Shown here piece by piece: positions 8,253-21,530 of a stretch of DNA of 43,370 bases. The stretch is taken from positions 1 to 43,370 of the forward strand of contig DATLKW010000027.1 in NCBI GenBank assembly GCA_035538175.1, written 5' to 3'. Each line of letters begins with the position of its first letter. Within the stretch, counting starts at the first letter, position 1. This DNA comes from Gemmatimonadales bacterium. GTDB lineage: Bacteria; Gemmatimonadota; Gemmatimonadetes; Gemmatimonadales; GWC2-71-9. Below the pieces are notes generated by a model. That model saw only the letters and a list, made by a program, of their open reading frames with translations, did no database searches and was not told where the DNA came from. Position numbers and translations under genes: made by a program.

Positions 8253-8723
8253 TTATACCTCCGGACGGCGAGCCTGCTCCAGCGCCCACGCGACGGCGTC
8301 CTCGGGTCGCTCCACGCGCGGAATATCCACGGCCGCCGTGAAGGCATCGTGTAGGCCCACGACCGGGGTCGCGATGCGCCGCGCAAGCGCGATCTCCGAG
8401 AGGGTTCCCCACCCGCCCCCGATCGCGATCACCGCGCCAGCCGTGCGGACGAGCAGCGCATTCCGCATCTCGCCCATCCCGGTGGCGATGGCGACGTCGA
8501 TGTGGGGGTTGGCCGCGACGCCATCGTCCCCGGGAAGGATGCCGACCGTCAGCCCTCCGGCCTCTTTCGCGCCCCGGGCGGCGGCTTCCATGACGCCGCC
8601 GAGTCCACCGCACACGAGCACGGCGCCGCCCGCGGCCACCAGGCGTCCGACCGCGGCGGCCCATCCAGCTTCCGCGGACGTGCAGCTGCTGCCGCCGATT
8701 ACGGCGACGAGGGGCGCTCTCAT
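8253..8723 (-). CDS. TIGR00725/LOG-like Rossmann-fold protein
   Basis: VAVIGGS...LVCGGLGGVMEAAARGA...GILP...TGMGEMRNALLV...VIAIGGGWGTLSE matches the LOG/lysine-decarboxylase-like family pattern. It lies 6 nt upstream of ccmE. Confidence 0.7.
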   Translation of the reverse strand: MRAPLVAVIGGSSCTSAEAGWAAAVGRLVAAGGAVLVCGGLGGVMEAAARGAKEAGGLTVGILPGDDGVAANPHIDVAIATGMGEMRNALLVRTAGAVIAIGGGWGTLSEIALARRIATPVVGLHDAFTAAVDIPRVERPEDAVAWALEQARRPEV

Positions 8724-8793
8724 CGCGCGCGTGTGGCCACGACGCCGCGCGCCGTGATGCCCGTCGTGCCCGCGTCGACCGCCAGCACGGCCC

Positions 8794-9822
8794 TCATGCG
8801 CGCGGCCCGTCGCGAAACGGGGGTTGCTCGAGGCCGCGCTCCGTCAGGAACGCGGTGACGTAGCGTGCCGGGGTGACGTCGAAGGCGGGGTTGAGGGCCG
8901 CGGCGGCGGCCGGAGCCACAGCGCGGCCCGCCACGGCCTTCAGTTCTTCCGGTGGCCGCTGCTCGATGGGGATTCGCTCGCCGTCCGCGAGCGCCACGTC
9001 GATCGTCGAGGACGGCGCAGCGCAATAGAACGGGACGCCATGGTGCAGCGCGAGGACCGCGAGGGAATAGGTGCCGATCTTATTCGCGAAGTCCCCGTTC
9101 GCGGCGATGCGATCGGCCCCCACAATCACGACGTCCACCTTCGCCTGGCGCATCAGCGTCCCCGCGGCCGCGTCGGCGATCACGGTGCAGGGAATCCCGG
9201 CGTGCGCCAACTCCCAGGCGGTCAGGCGGGCACCCTGGAGCACGGGCCGCGTTTCGTCGACAAAGACCTCGACGTCTTGCCCGGCTTCGTGCGCGAGATA
9301 GATGGGCGCGAGGGCCGTACCGATTCCGCCCGTGGCGAGGGCGCCGGCGTTGCAGTGGGTGAGCACCTTGGTTCCCGGCGGGACGAGGGCGAGCCCCGCC
9401 TCGCCGATGCGTCGACACATCGCTCGGTCCTCTTCCCAGATGGCCGTGGCCTCGGCTTCGAGTCGCGTCCAGAGCGCGGCGCCGGCGCCCGCGGTCGCGG
9501 CGGCGGTCCGGAGCATCCGGTCGAGCGCCCACGCCAGGTTGACGGCGGTCGGCCGCGTGGTCTTGAGCAGGGCAGCCAGCTCGCCCAAGCGGGCGAGGAA
9601 CGCCTCACGGGACGCGGCGCGGAGCGTGCGCGTCCCCGCCACGAGTCCCATCGCCGCGGCGATTCCGATGAGCGGCGCGCCCCGCACCTGCAGCGTGCGG
9701 ATGGCGTCGGCCACGGCCTCGCCGGTCTCGAGGTCGCGCTCGAGCCGGGCCTCCGGCAACGCGCGCTGGTCGATGACGCGCACGGCGCCGGCGGGGCTCC
9801 AGGCGATGGCTTGAACCGACAT
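8794..9822 (-). CDS. mtnA: S-methyl-5-thioribose-1-phosphate isomerase (eIF-2B alpha/beta/delta family)
   Basis: VIDQRALP, VRGAPLIGIAAA and GADRIAANGDFANKIGTY match the family. I prefer ATG 9822 (MSVQAIAW) over the ORF-track start at 9861. Confidence 0.85.
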   Translation of the reverse strand: MSVQAIAWSPAGAVRVIDQRALPEARLERDLETGEAVADAIRTLQVRGAPLIGIAAAMGLVAGTRTLRAASREAFLARLGELAALLKTTRPTAVNLAWALDRMLRTAAATAGAGAALWTRLEAEATAIWEEDRAMCRRIGEAGLALVPPGTKVLTHCNAGALATGGIGTALAPIYLAHEAGQDVEVFVDETRPVLQGARLTAWELAHAGIPCTVIADAAAGTLMRQAKVDVVIVGADRIAANGDFANKIGTYSLAVLALHHGVPFYCAAPSSTIDVALADGERIPIEQRPPEELKAVAGRAVAPAAAAALNPAFDVTPARYVTAFLTERGLEQPPFRDGPRA

Positions 9823-9914
9823 GGGCAAGCAAGAAACTAACGCGCGGATCGGCACCCGCATGCTATGCCGACCGCCGCATTCCCGAATCTCCGACCCGCC
9901 GTTAGCATTCGCGC

Positions 9915-10697
9915 ATGACCTACCACACCCTCCTGTTCGAGCTGCGCGACGGCGCCGCGTTCATCACGATCAATCGCCCCGATAAGCTGAACTCCCTGAA
10001 CGACGAGGTGGTGGCGGAGCTCGCCGACGCCGCCGACCGCGTCGCGACTGAGGCCGCGATCCGGGGAGCGGTCATGACCGGGGCGGGGCCCAAGGCGTTC
10101 GTCGCCGGGGCGGACATCGCGGACCTCGCGCGGCAGGGACCGTTCGAGGGCAAGGCCCGGGCGTTGCGGGGGCAGGCGATGCTGCGCCGCTTCGAGACTT
10201 GCGGCAAGCCGGTGATCGCGGCTGTGAACGGCTACGCGCTCGGGGGCGGATGTGAACTCGCCATGGCCTGCCATCTGCGAATCGCGAGCGAGTCAGCGAA
10301 GTTCGGGCAACCCGAGGTGAAGCTCGGGATCGCCCCCGGGTATGGCGGGACGCAGCGGCTCCCGCGCCTCGTGGGCAAGGGCAATGCGCTGCAGTTGATC
10401 CTGACTGGCGAGATGATCGATGCGCGCGAAGCGTACCGCATCGGGCTTGTGAACCGGGTGGTCCCGGCGCCTGAGCTCTTGGCCGCGGCGGAGGCGATGC
10501 TGCGGGGTATACTCGCGATGGGGCCACTCGCCGTGCGGCTCGCCCTGGAGGCCGTGGACCGCGGGTTCGATCTGACGCTCGAGGATGGACTGCTGCTTGA
10601 AGCCAATCACTTCGGGCTGCTTGCCGCCACCGCGGACATGAAGGAGGGGCTCTCGGCGTTCCTGGAGAAGCGCCCCGCGCGGTTCCGGGGAGAGTGA
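9915..10697 (+). CDS. Enoyl-CoA hydratase/crotonase family protein
   Basis: AAVNGYALGGGCELAMACHLRIAS is the crotonase signature, and the 260-aa length is typical. Confidence 0.9.
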   Translation: MTYHTLLFELRDGAAFITINRPDKLNSLNDEVVAELADAADRVATEAAIRGAVMTGAGPKAFVAGADIADLARQGPFEGKARALRGQAMLRRFETCGKPVIAAVNGYALGGGCELAMACHLRIASESAKFGQPEVKLGIAPGYGGTQRLPRLVGKGNALQLILTGEMIDAREAYRIGLVNRVVPAPELLAAAEAMLRGILAMGPLAVRLALEAVDRGFDLTLEDGLLLEANHFGLLAATADMKEGLSAFLEKRPARFRGE

Positions 10698-10704
10698 GTA
10701 AGTC

Positions 10705-10733
10705 TTGCCAGGACAATAACTTCAGGCTATTTT
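10705..10733 (+). promoter_or_regulatory. Sigma70-like promoter candidate for DUF721-gyrB
   Basis: TTGCCA (10705-10710), a 17-nt spacer, then TATTTT (10728-10733), inside the only AT-rich island of this intergenic region. Confidence 0.3.
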
Positions 10734-10813
10734 TAGCAGGTTGTCCACGGCCCTCGCGGTACTCCCGCCCGGTGCCACGGGGGGGTAGTGGCGTGGCCCT
10801 CATAAGGGGGGAC

Positions 10814-14461
<3,648 letters not shown>

Positions 14462-14490
14462 TAGCGTCCCGCTCCCGTGCGGAGTCGCCG

Positions 14491-15294
14491 ATGCGCGCGG
14501 TTCAGGCTCTGGTGCTCGCCTCCCTCTCCGTTTCCGCCCCGCTCGGCGCCCAGACGCAGCCCAGCGCGGCCGGCGAGCTCGCGCTCGGGGATAGCGCCCA
14601 CGCGGCGCTCGCGCCCGAGCGGGCGCTCGGGCACTACCGCGCCGCGCTCGGCCGCGATTCGCTCAACTACGACGCCCTGTGGAAGAGCGGTCGCGAGCTC
14701 GTGGACGTCGCCCAGCAGATCACCGGGACGGACGACGCGTCCGACCATCGGCGCGACAGTCTCTACCTGCAGGCGCGCACCTTCGGCGAGGCCGCCGAGC
14801 GGGTAAACCCGAACGGCGCGGACGGACACTTCACCGTCGGGCAGGCGCTGGGGCGGCTCTCCCTGACCAAGGGCGGGAAGGAGCGCGTGCGCTTCGCGCG
14901 CATGATCTACGACGAGGGCATGCGCGCCATCGCGCTCGACTCCACGCATGATGGCGCCTATCACCTGGTGGGCGCGTGGCACGCCGAGGTCATGCGGCTG
15001 TCGGGGTTCCAAAAGTTCTTCGCCAAGACCCTCTTCGGCGGCGGCTTCCTCGACAAGGGGAACTGGAACGACGCGCAGAAGTATCTCCTCCGGGCGATCG
15101 CCTTGAAGCCGCAGAACATCTTCCACCGGCTCGAGCTCGGCGAGGTGTACGTGGACTTGGGCAAGTATTCGAAGGCGCGCGAGCAGTTCCGGGCGATCGA
15201 GACGCTCCCCCTCGCCGACGTGCTGGACCACAAGTACAAGCAGGACGCCAAGCAGCTCCTCGACGACATCAAGGACGAAAAGGACGAGTCCTAG
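14491..15294 (+). CDS. Secreted TPR-like helical-repeat protein
   Basis: A signal peptide MRAVQALVLASLSVSAPLGAQ is followed by helical repeats (A..YL.RAIALKP.N...LELGEVY..LG.Y). Confidence 0.6.
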   Translation: MRAVQALVLASLSVSAPLGAQTQPSAAGELALGDSAHAALAPERALGHYRAALGRDSLNYDALWKSGRELVDVAQQITGTDDASDHRRDSLYLQARTFGEAAERVNPNGADGHFTVGQALGRLSLTKGGKERVRFARMIYDEGMRAIALDSTHDGAYHLVGAWHAEVMRLSGFQKFFAKTLFGGGFLDKGNWNDAQKYLLRAIALKPQNIFHRLELGEVYVDLGKYSKAREQFRAIETLPLADVLDHKYKQDAKQLLDDIKDEKDES

Positions 15295-16631
15295 GGCCGC
15301 CGCATGAGGCGCTCAATCTCCGCCGTGGTCTTCGGTGCCTTGGACGAGAGCCACTCCGCGCCCGTCGGCGTCACGAGCACGTCGTCTTCGATCCGCACGC
15401 CCAGCGCTTCCTCCGGCAGATAGACCCCGGGCTCGAGGGTCAGCACCATCCCCGGCTTCAACGGCATGCTGTAGTCGCCGGCATCGTGCACGTCCATGCC
15501 GAGCCAGTGTCCCAAGCCGTGGATGAAGTACGCGTCGCAGGTGTCCGCGCCGCACAGCGTCCCCGAATGGGTCTGGAGATACGCCCGGGCGACTCGGTTG
15601 AGCTGGCCGATGGTCGTCCCGGGGCGGGTGGAGTCGAACGCGGTTTGCTGGGTCGCGAGCACGAGGTCGTAGATCGCCTTCTGGCGCGCGGTGAACGTCC
15701 CGTTGACCGGGAAGGTGCGAGTCACGTCGGCCGTGTACTGGCCCCATTCGGCGCCAGCGTCGACGACGACCAGGTCCCCGTCCCGGGTCTGCCGCCGGTT
15801 GACGTCGTAGTGGAGCACGGTGCTGTTGGGTCCGCTCCCCACGATCGACGGATAGCCGAGGCGGTCGGCGCCGTTGCGGCGAAAGGCGCCCTCGACGATC
15901 GCCTCCAGCTCGTACTCCCACATCCCCGGTCGCGCGGCCTGCATCAGGGCGACGTGGCCCGCCGTCGAAATGTCGATCGCCGTCCGCAGCCGGGCGAGCT
16001 CGTCGGCGTCCTTGACGACCCGCATCGAGTCCACGACGGGCCGCAGGTTCCGCACGTCGCGCCCAGCAAAGAGGAGGTCCTGGAGGCGGCCCTCGCTTCG
16101 GGTGGTCTCGTCGAGGGGCGCATAGAGGGGTCCGATCGGATGCGCCGCCACGGTGGCGAGGGTGCGGTCGAGCGAGTCGATGGGCAACACGCGCGCGATC
16201 CCCGAGAGCCGCACCGCGGTGCTGTCGGGGGCGAGCCGGAGCCCGGTCCACCGTTCGCGTGACGGATTACGCGGCGGGAGGAAGAGGACCGTCCCCGTCG
16301 CCTCGCTGATCAATAGCCAGGCGTCCTGGGTCTCGAGCTCGGTGAAGTAGAAGAACGTGTTATTCTGGCGGAAGTCGTTGTCCTGGACATAGTCGCGCTC
16401 GATGTTCCGCTCGTGGGCGGCGGGGATGAGAATCACGCCGCGGCCGAGGCGAGCGACGAGCGCCCGGCGGCGTGCGGCGACCGCCGCCGTGTCCACGCGG
16501 CGCCCCATCCCCGGGAGCTCCGGCACAGGTGTCCACGCACCGATCGGCGGGGGCGTGGCGAGCGATCGGCTCTGCGCGGCGACGGGACCGGCGACGCTGC
16601 TGAGGAGGGCCACGCGCCAGAGCGTGTGCAT
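15291..16631 (-). CDS. pepP: Xaa-Pro aminopeptidase (M24B) with signal peptide
   Basis: It has an N-terminal aminopeptidase-P domain plus M24 metal-ligand motifs: VVVDAGAEW, HGLGHWLGMDVHD, LEPGVYLPE, RIEDDVLVT. Confidence 0.9.
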   Translation of the reverse strand: MHTLWRVALLSSVAGPVAAQSRSLATPPPIGAWTPVPELPGMGRRVDTAAVAARRRALVARLGRGVILIPAAHERNIERDYVQDNDFRQNNTFFYFTELETQDAWLLISEATGTVLFLPPRNPSRERWTGLRLAPDSTAVRLSGIARVLPIDSLDRTLATVAAHPIGPLYAPLDETTRSEGRLQDLLFAGRDVRNLRPVVDSMRVVKDADELARLRTAIDISTAGHVALMQAARPGMWEYELEAIVEGAFRRNGADRLGYPSIVGSGPNSTVLHYDVNRRQTRDGDLVVVDAGAEWGQYTADVTRTFPVNGTFTARQKAIYDLVLATQQTAFDSTRPGTTIGQLNRVARAYLQTHSGTLCGADTCDAYFIHGLGHWLGMDVHDAGDYSMPLKPGMVLTLEPGVYLPEEALGVRIEDDVLVTPTGAEWLSSKAPKTTAEIERLMRRP

Positions 16632-16704
16632 GGGCGGGGAAGCTACCGCGCGCGTTCCGACGCGGCAACTTGACTCCGGCTCGCGCGCGCACGCAAACTA
16701 TGCC

Positions 16705-17490
16705 ATGCCTGCGTCCAGCGCTGCCACGGCCGCCGATGCGGAACGCCTCGCGGCGCGGGTGACGGAGCTCGAGCGCGAGCGCAAGCATCTGCTCGCTGTG
16801 ATCGAGATCCTCAAGGAAGTCTCCACGTCGCTGCACTTCGTCGACATTCTCCAGGCGATCGCGCGCAAGCTGGGCGAGGCGTTCGGGCTCGACCGCTGCT
16901 CCATCTTCCTCGCTGAGCGCGGTGGCCGGTCCGTGCGCCTCGTGGCGTCGTATGAGGACCCCACGATCCGGAACTACCTCGTCGACCTCGAGCGGTATCC
17001 CGAACTCAAGCGCGCCCTCCAGCACGGCGAGACCGTGTTCATCCCGGACGCGGCGAGCGATCCCAGTCTGAAGCACGTCAAGAGCGAGCTGATCAACCGC
17101 CGGGTGAAGTCGATTACCGTGGTGCCGATCACGTGGCGGGGCGTCTCCATCGGCGCGATTTTTCTGCGGACCTTCCGCGACGGCCCGACCTTCTCCGACG
17201 ACGACGTCCGCTTCGTGCAGGTCGTCGCGTCGCTCACGGCGCAGGCCCTGCGCAACGCCCACCGCTACGAGCGGCTGGCGCAGCGCCAACAGGAAACCGG
17301 CGAGACGATGCGCCGCATGGAGCTCGAGCGGGTCGCGCTGCTCTCGTTCTTCCGACGGCTGTTGGGGGCGTTCGGCGAGCGTGAGGGGGCGTGGGCCGAG
17401 GGCCTGTTGCCGCGCGCGAGCGCCGAGGAGCTGGACCGGCTCGTGGGCGTGGCGATGGCGGTGATTCAAGAAGAAGCGAAAGGACGGTGA
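16705..17490 (+). CDS. GAF-domain protein with flanking coiled-coil segments
   Basis: An N-terminal heptad-like stretch ERLAARVTELERERKHLLAVIEILKEV precedes a GAF-like core (LDRCSIFL......LVASYED... ITVVPI..RGVSIGAIFLR). I chose ATG 16705. The stop overlaps the ligA GTG. Confidence 0.7.
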   Translation: MPASSAATAADAERLAARVTELERERKHLLAVIEILKEVSTSLHFVDILQAIARKLGEAFGLDRCSIFLAERGGRSVRLVASYEDPTIRNYLVDLERYPELKRALQHGETVFIPDAASDPSLKHVKSELINRRVKSITVVPITWRGVSIGAIFLRTFRDGPTFSDDDVRFVQVVASLTAQALRNAHRYERLAQRQQETGETMRRMELERVALLSFFRRLLGAFGEREGAWAEGLLPRASAEELDRLVGVAMAVIQEEAKGR

Positions 17491-19499
17491 AGGGCCTAGC
17501 CGCGCGGGCTGCCGAGCTGCGGCGGCAGCTCGAGCGCGCCAACCACGCCTATTACGTACTCGACAAGCCGGAGCTCTCCGACGCCGAGTACGACCGCCTC
17601 TTCCGCGAGCTGCAGGAGCTCGAGGCGCAGCATCCCGAGCTGCGCGCGCCCGACAGTCCGACGCTGCGGGTGGGGGCCGAGCCTGCCGCAAAGTTCAAGA
17701 AGCACCGCCATCTCGTCCCCATGCTCTCGCTTGCCAACGCATTCAGCGAGGCCGAGCTCGCCGAGTGGGAGGATCGCAACGCGCGGCTCGTCGCCGACGT
17801 CCGTGCGGCGGGCTACACCCTCGAAGTGAAGATCGATGGCGCCGCGGTAAGCCTCACCTATGTGGATGGGCTGCTGGTGACGGCGGCCACCCGCGGCAAC
17901 GGCCTCGAGGGCGAGGACGTCACGCCCAACCTGCGCACCGTGACCGACCTTCCGTTGCGTCTCGGGGGCAAGGGCTGGCCCGCGCGCATGGAGGTGCGCG
18001 GCGAGGTGTACCTCTCGAAATCGCGGTTCGCCGCGCTCAACGACGAGCGCGCGCGGGCCGGCGAGGCGCCGCTGGCGAACCCGCGAAACGCGGCCGCCGG
18101 GTCGCTGCGGCAACTCGACCCCAAGATCACGCGACAGCGGGGGCTTAAGATCTTTTGCTTTCATGTCGAGGCGCCGGGCCAGAAATTGGCCGTCGACACG
18201 CAGCACGAGCTGCTGGAGCGACTCGGCGCCTGGGGCTTGCCCGTCGAGCCCCATCACACCCTCGTGCCCGACCTTGCGCAGGCGCACTCCGAGATCGGGA
18301 AGCTCGAGCAACTCCTCCCGACGCTCGACTACGGGGCGGACGGCGTCGTCCTGAAGGTGAACTCCTTGCGGCTGCACGCCGAGCTCGGAACGGTCGGCGA
18401 CCGCGAGCCGCGCTGGGCCGTGGCGCGGAAGTTCGCCCCGGAGGTCCAGGTCACGAAGCTGAAGGAGATCCGGATCAACGTGGGACGCACGGGGGCGCTC
18501 ACGCCCTACGCTGTGCTCGAGCCGGTCGAGATCGGGGGAGTGACGGTGTCCACGGCCACGCTGCACAACTTCGACTTGATCGAGGCGAAGGACATCCGCG
18601 AGGGCGACTGGGTCGAGGTGACGCGTGCTGGCGAGGTGATCCCCCAGGTCCTCGGGCCCCGGCGGGAGCGCCGCACCGGCAAGGAGCGCAAGTTCAAACG
18701 GCCGGAGCGCTGCCCCGTATGCGGCTCGCGGGTCGAGTATCCCGCCGACGAGGTGATGGCCTACTGCGCCAACGTCTCCTGCCCGGGGCGGGTCTTCGAG
18801 AGCATCGTGCATTTCGCCTCGCGGGGCGCCATGGATATCCGGGGGCTCGGCTACGAGCGCGTGCGCGCCCTCCTGGAGGCGAAGCTGATCGCGGACGTCG
18901 CGGACCTGTACCAGCTCACCCCGATGCACCTGTTGCGCTTGGAGGGGTTCGCCGAGAAGTCGGCCCAGCAACTCGTGGATGCGATTCAGGCGTCGAAGGC
19001 GCGCCCCCTGTCGACCCTGGTGTACGCGCTCGGGATCCGCCACGTGGGCGGGCAGGTGGCGAAGCTCCTGGCGCGCCAGTTCGGCACAATGAAGGCGCTG
19101 CGCAGCGCCTCCCGGGAAGAGATCGCCCGAATCCGGGGTGTGGGGGAGGCGATCGCGGAGGCGGTGGTGGGCTTCTTCGACGAGGCGAAGAACCGCCGCC
19201 TGCTCGACCGGTTGGAGAAGCTCGGCGTGAACGTCAAGGAACCCTTGGCCGCTGAGACCGAGGGTCCGCTCGCCGGGCAGACGTATGTCGTCACCGGCAC
19301 CCTCCCCTCGCTGTCGCGCACCAAGGCGACCCGGATCATCCAGGCCGCCGGCGGGCACGTGACGGACGGCATCTCGAAGAAGACCACGGCCCTCGTTGTC
19401 GGCGCCGACGCCGGTTCGAAGCTCGATCGGGCCAAGGATCTCGGCGTCCCGATCATCGACGAAGCGGAACTCTTGCGCCGCGCCCGCGCCAAACCCTAA
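17487..19499 (+). CDS. ligA: NAD-dependent DNA ligase
   Basis: It has adenylation motif EVKIDGAAVSL, Zn finger CPVCGSRVEY..CANVSCPG, HhH repeats and a C-terminal BRCT domain. GTG 17487 sits in a GTGA overlap with the GAF gene. Confidence 0.96.
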   Translation: MKGLAARAAELRRQLERANHAYYVLDKPELSDAEYDRLFRELQELEAQHPELRAPDSPTLRVGAEPAAKFKKHRHLVPMLSLANAFSEAELAEWEDRNARLVADVRAAGYTLEVKIDGAAVSLTYVDGLLVTAATRGNGLEGEDVTPNLRTVTDLPLRLGGKGWPARMEVRGEVYLSKSRFAALNDERARAGEAPLANPRNAAAGSLRQLDPKITRQRGLKIFCFHVEAPGQKLAVDTQHELLERLGAWGLPVEPHHTLVPDLAQAHSEIGKLEQLLPTLDYGADGVVLKVNSLRLHAELGTVGDREPRWAVARKFAPEVQVTKLKEIRINVGRTGALTPYAVLEPVEIGGVTVSTATLHNFDLIEAKDIREGDWVEVTRAGEVIPQVLGPRRERRTGKERKFKRPERCPVCGSRVEYPADEVMAYCANVSCPGRVFESIVHFASRGAMDIRGLGYERVRALLEAKLIADVADLYQLTPMHLLRLEGFAEKSAQQLVDAIQASKARPLSTLVYALGIRHVGGQVAKLLARQFGTMKALRSASREEIARIRGVGEAIAEAVVGFFDEAKNRRLLDRLEKLGVNVKEPLAAETEGPLAGQTYVVTGTLPSLSRTKATRIIQAAGGHVTDGISKKTTALVVGADAGSKLDRAKDLGVPIIDEAELLRRARAKP

Positions 19500-19512
19500 G
19501 TTGGCGGGCGAC

Positions 19513-20076
19513 ATGGCCTCCCCGGTTCCTCCGACCGCCGCGACCGACGGCCTCACCATCGGTCGGAGCGCCCTGCGCCAGCTCCACACCAGCCTGCTCC
19601 GCGACGCCGCTGACGCTGCGATCCCCATCCTCCAAGAAGTCGGATTCGCGGCGGGAGAGGGCGTCTACGACGCGTTCTGCGCCTGGCTCCCGAGCGAGCG
19701 TGGGGTCAGCCGTCCCGGGGACCTGGACGCGAGCCAGCTGACGCCGGTGCTGTCGGCGTTCTTTCAGGCGATCGGCTGGGGTTCATTGCACGTGGCGCCC
19801 CTAGGCAACGCCGCCTTGACGGTGGACTCCGCGGACTGGGCGGAGGCGGAGCCCGGAAGCGCCGAGAGCCCTATGTGTTTCTTTTCCTCCGGCATGCTGG
19901 CCGACTTTTTCGGTCGCCTCTCGGGCGAGCCCGTGGCGGTGATGGAGGTGGAGTGCCGCTCGCGCAACGATGCGCGCTGTCGGTTCATCTCGGCTGCTCC
20001 CGAGACCCTGAACGCGTTGTACGAACGGATGACGCAGGGACAGGGCTACGAGGAAGCGCTCGGGGCCGGCGCGTAG
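19513..20076 (+). CDS. V4R-domain protein
   Basis: The C-terminal pattern MCFFSSGMLADFFGRLSG..V.V.EVECRSRNDARCRF is typical of V4R small-molecule-binding domains. ATG 19513 lies 13 nt after the ligA stop. Confidence 0.6.
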   Translation: MASPVPPTAATDGLTIGRSALRQLHTSLLRDAADAAIPILQEVGFAAGEGVYDAFCAWLPSERGVSRPGDLDASQLTPVLSAFFQAIGWGSLHVAPLGNAALTVDSADWAEAEPGSAESPMCFFSSGMLADFFGRLSGEPVAVMEVECRSRNDARCRFISAAPETLNALYERMTQGQGYEEALGAGA

Positions 20077-20201
20077 CGCGGCGCCTGGGCCCTCCCCCGC
20101 CCGCCGCCCGTCCCCATCCCCCGTCTCCGAATCCGACCCCGTGACGCTCGACGTGATCCGTGGGAGGGCTCGCGCGGACCCGTGCGTGAGGAGGAGGTGC
20201 G

Positions 20202-21530
20202 CTAGCGTCGCGCGACGCTCACACCGTTGAAGAGGACGGACGGCGCGTAGCGCCCGCTGGTCCAGCGTGCGTCGCGGCCGAACCCACCGACGCGCTTCCA
20301 CAGCTCGTAGGCGTTGCCGGCGACTGCGGCGTCCTTGACCCGCCCAGTGATCGCGCCACGCTCGATGCGATAGGCGAGGGCGACGGGGTGGCTGAAGGCT
20401 CCCCCGATGACGTTCCCCTGCCCCACGCCAATGAGCTCGTCGACGAGTAAGCCATCGCGGAGCTCCTCGACGAGCCCGCCGCCGAGCCGAGCGGAGCCAT
20501 TCCCGGTCGCGGGGCGCGCGGGCCCGACGAGGAGATTCGTGTAGCCTGGCGTCGGCCTCCCGAAGATGCTGCGCTGGCCGTGGCCGGTACTCCCGGTGTT
20601 CGCGCGGGCCGCGGTCTCGAGATCGTAGATGAACCCCCGCACGGTCCCCCCTTCGACCAAGCCTGTGGTGCGCGAGGGCACGCACTCGTCATCGACGGGG
20701 CGGGACGCCGGGCGCCCGGGGTGGAGCGGGTCGTCGGTGAGCGCGAGCCGCGCGTCGAATACCGGTTCGCCGATCTTGCCGGCGAGGGGGGAGATCCCCT
20801 GCAGCACGGCCTTGCCGGACAAGCCTTGAGTGAGGGGGAGCAGCATGGCCGACAACCCCGCAGGAGTAAACACGACGGGGAGCGCGCCGTCGGGGGGCGC
20901 CACGACCCGCAGGGCCGGCTCGACTCGCTCGTTGATGGAGCGCACGAGGGCCTCGAGGGCCTCGTCGGTTGGCAGGTCGGTGCCCTCGGACGAATCGCCG
21001 ACGACGAGGACGTCATCGCCCGCGATGCGCCAGAGCTCGGCGCTCACGGCGATCGCCGTCGCGCGATAGGTGGCCGCCGCGCCGGCCGAGTTGCCGACGC
21101 GGGTCTCCGTGGTCTCGCGCTCGACGGTGACATTGATCCGGCACCCGTCGCGCTCGAGCCGTTCGAGGACGGCACGTCCCAGCGCGATCAGGCGATCGAG
21201 GGGCGCGTCCGCTGCCGGGGCAGCAAAGGTGGCGAGGGAGGGGAGCGGTCGGGCGGGCGGGAACTCGAGCGCGACCGTGTCGCCGAGGGCGGCGGAGGCG
21301 AGGGCTCGGGCCAGGAGCTCGTCGGCGGTCCCATCGATCGCCGTGGTACCGGCGACGCCGACGCGCCCGTGGTCGCGCACGCGGAGGTTGACGCCCGCCT
21401 CCTCGGTCACGGCCGCGCCTTTCAGGCGTCCCCATTCGAACGCGACCGTGGTGCGTTCCGTTCGGCGCCACAGCGCATCCGCGCCGCCGTCGGCGTGGCG
21501 GCGCGCTCGGTCCAGCAGCGCCTCAATCAC
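20202..21530 (-). CDS. pmbA: TldE/PmbA-family peptidase U62 subunit
   Basis: The family-typical C-terminal half is present (GRPTPGYTNLLV..G, GLLVDELIGVGQGNVIGGAFS, V..GNAYELW). There is no HExxxH. GTG 21530 overlaps the tldD stop. Confidence 0.85.
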   Translation of the reverse strand: MIEALLDRARRHADGGADALWRRTERTTVAFEWGRLKGAAVTEEAGVNLRVRDHGRVGVAGTTAIDGTADELLARALASAALGDTVALEFPPARPLPSLATFAAPAADAPLDRLIALGRAVLERLERDGCRINVTVERETTETRVGNSAGAAATYRATAIAVSAELWRIAGDDVLVVGDSSEGTDLPTDEALEALVRSINERVEPALRVVAPPDGALPVVFTPAGLSAMLLPLTQGLSGKAVLQGISPLAGKIGEPVFDARLALTDDPLHPGRPASRPVDDECVPSRTTGLVEGGTVRGFIYDLETAARANTGSTGHGQRSIFGRPTPGYTNLLVGPARPATGNGSARLGGGLVEELRDGLLVDELIGVGQGNVIGGAFSHPVALAYRIERGAITGRVKDAAVAGNAYELWKRVGGFGRDARWTSGRYAPSVLFNGVSVARR

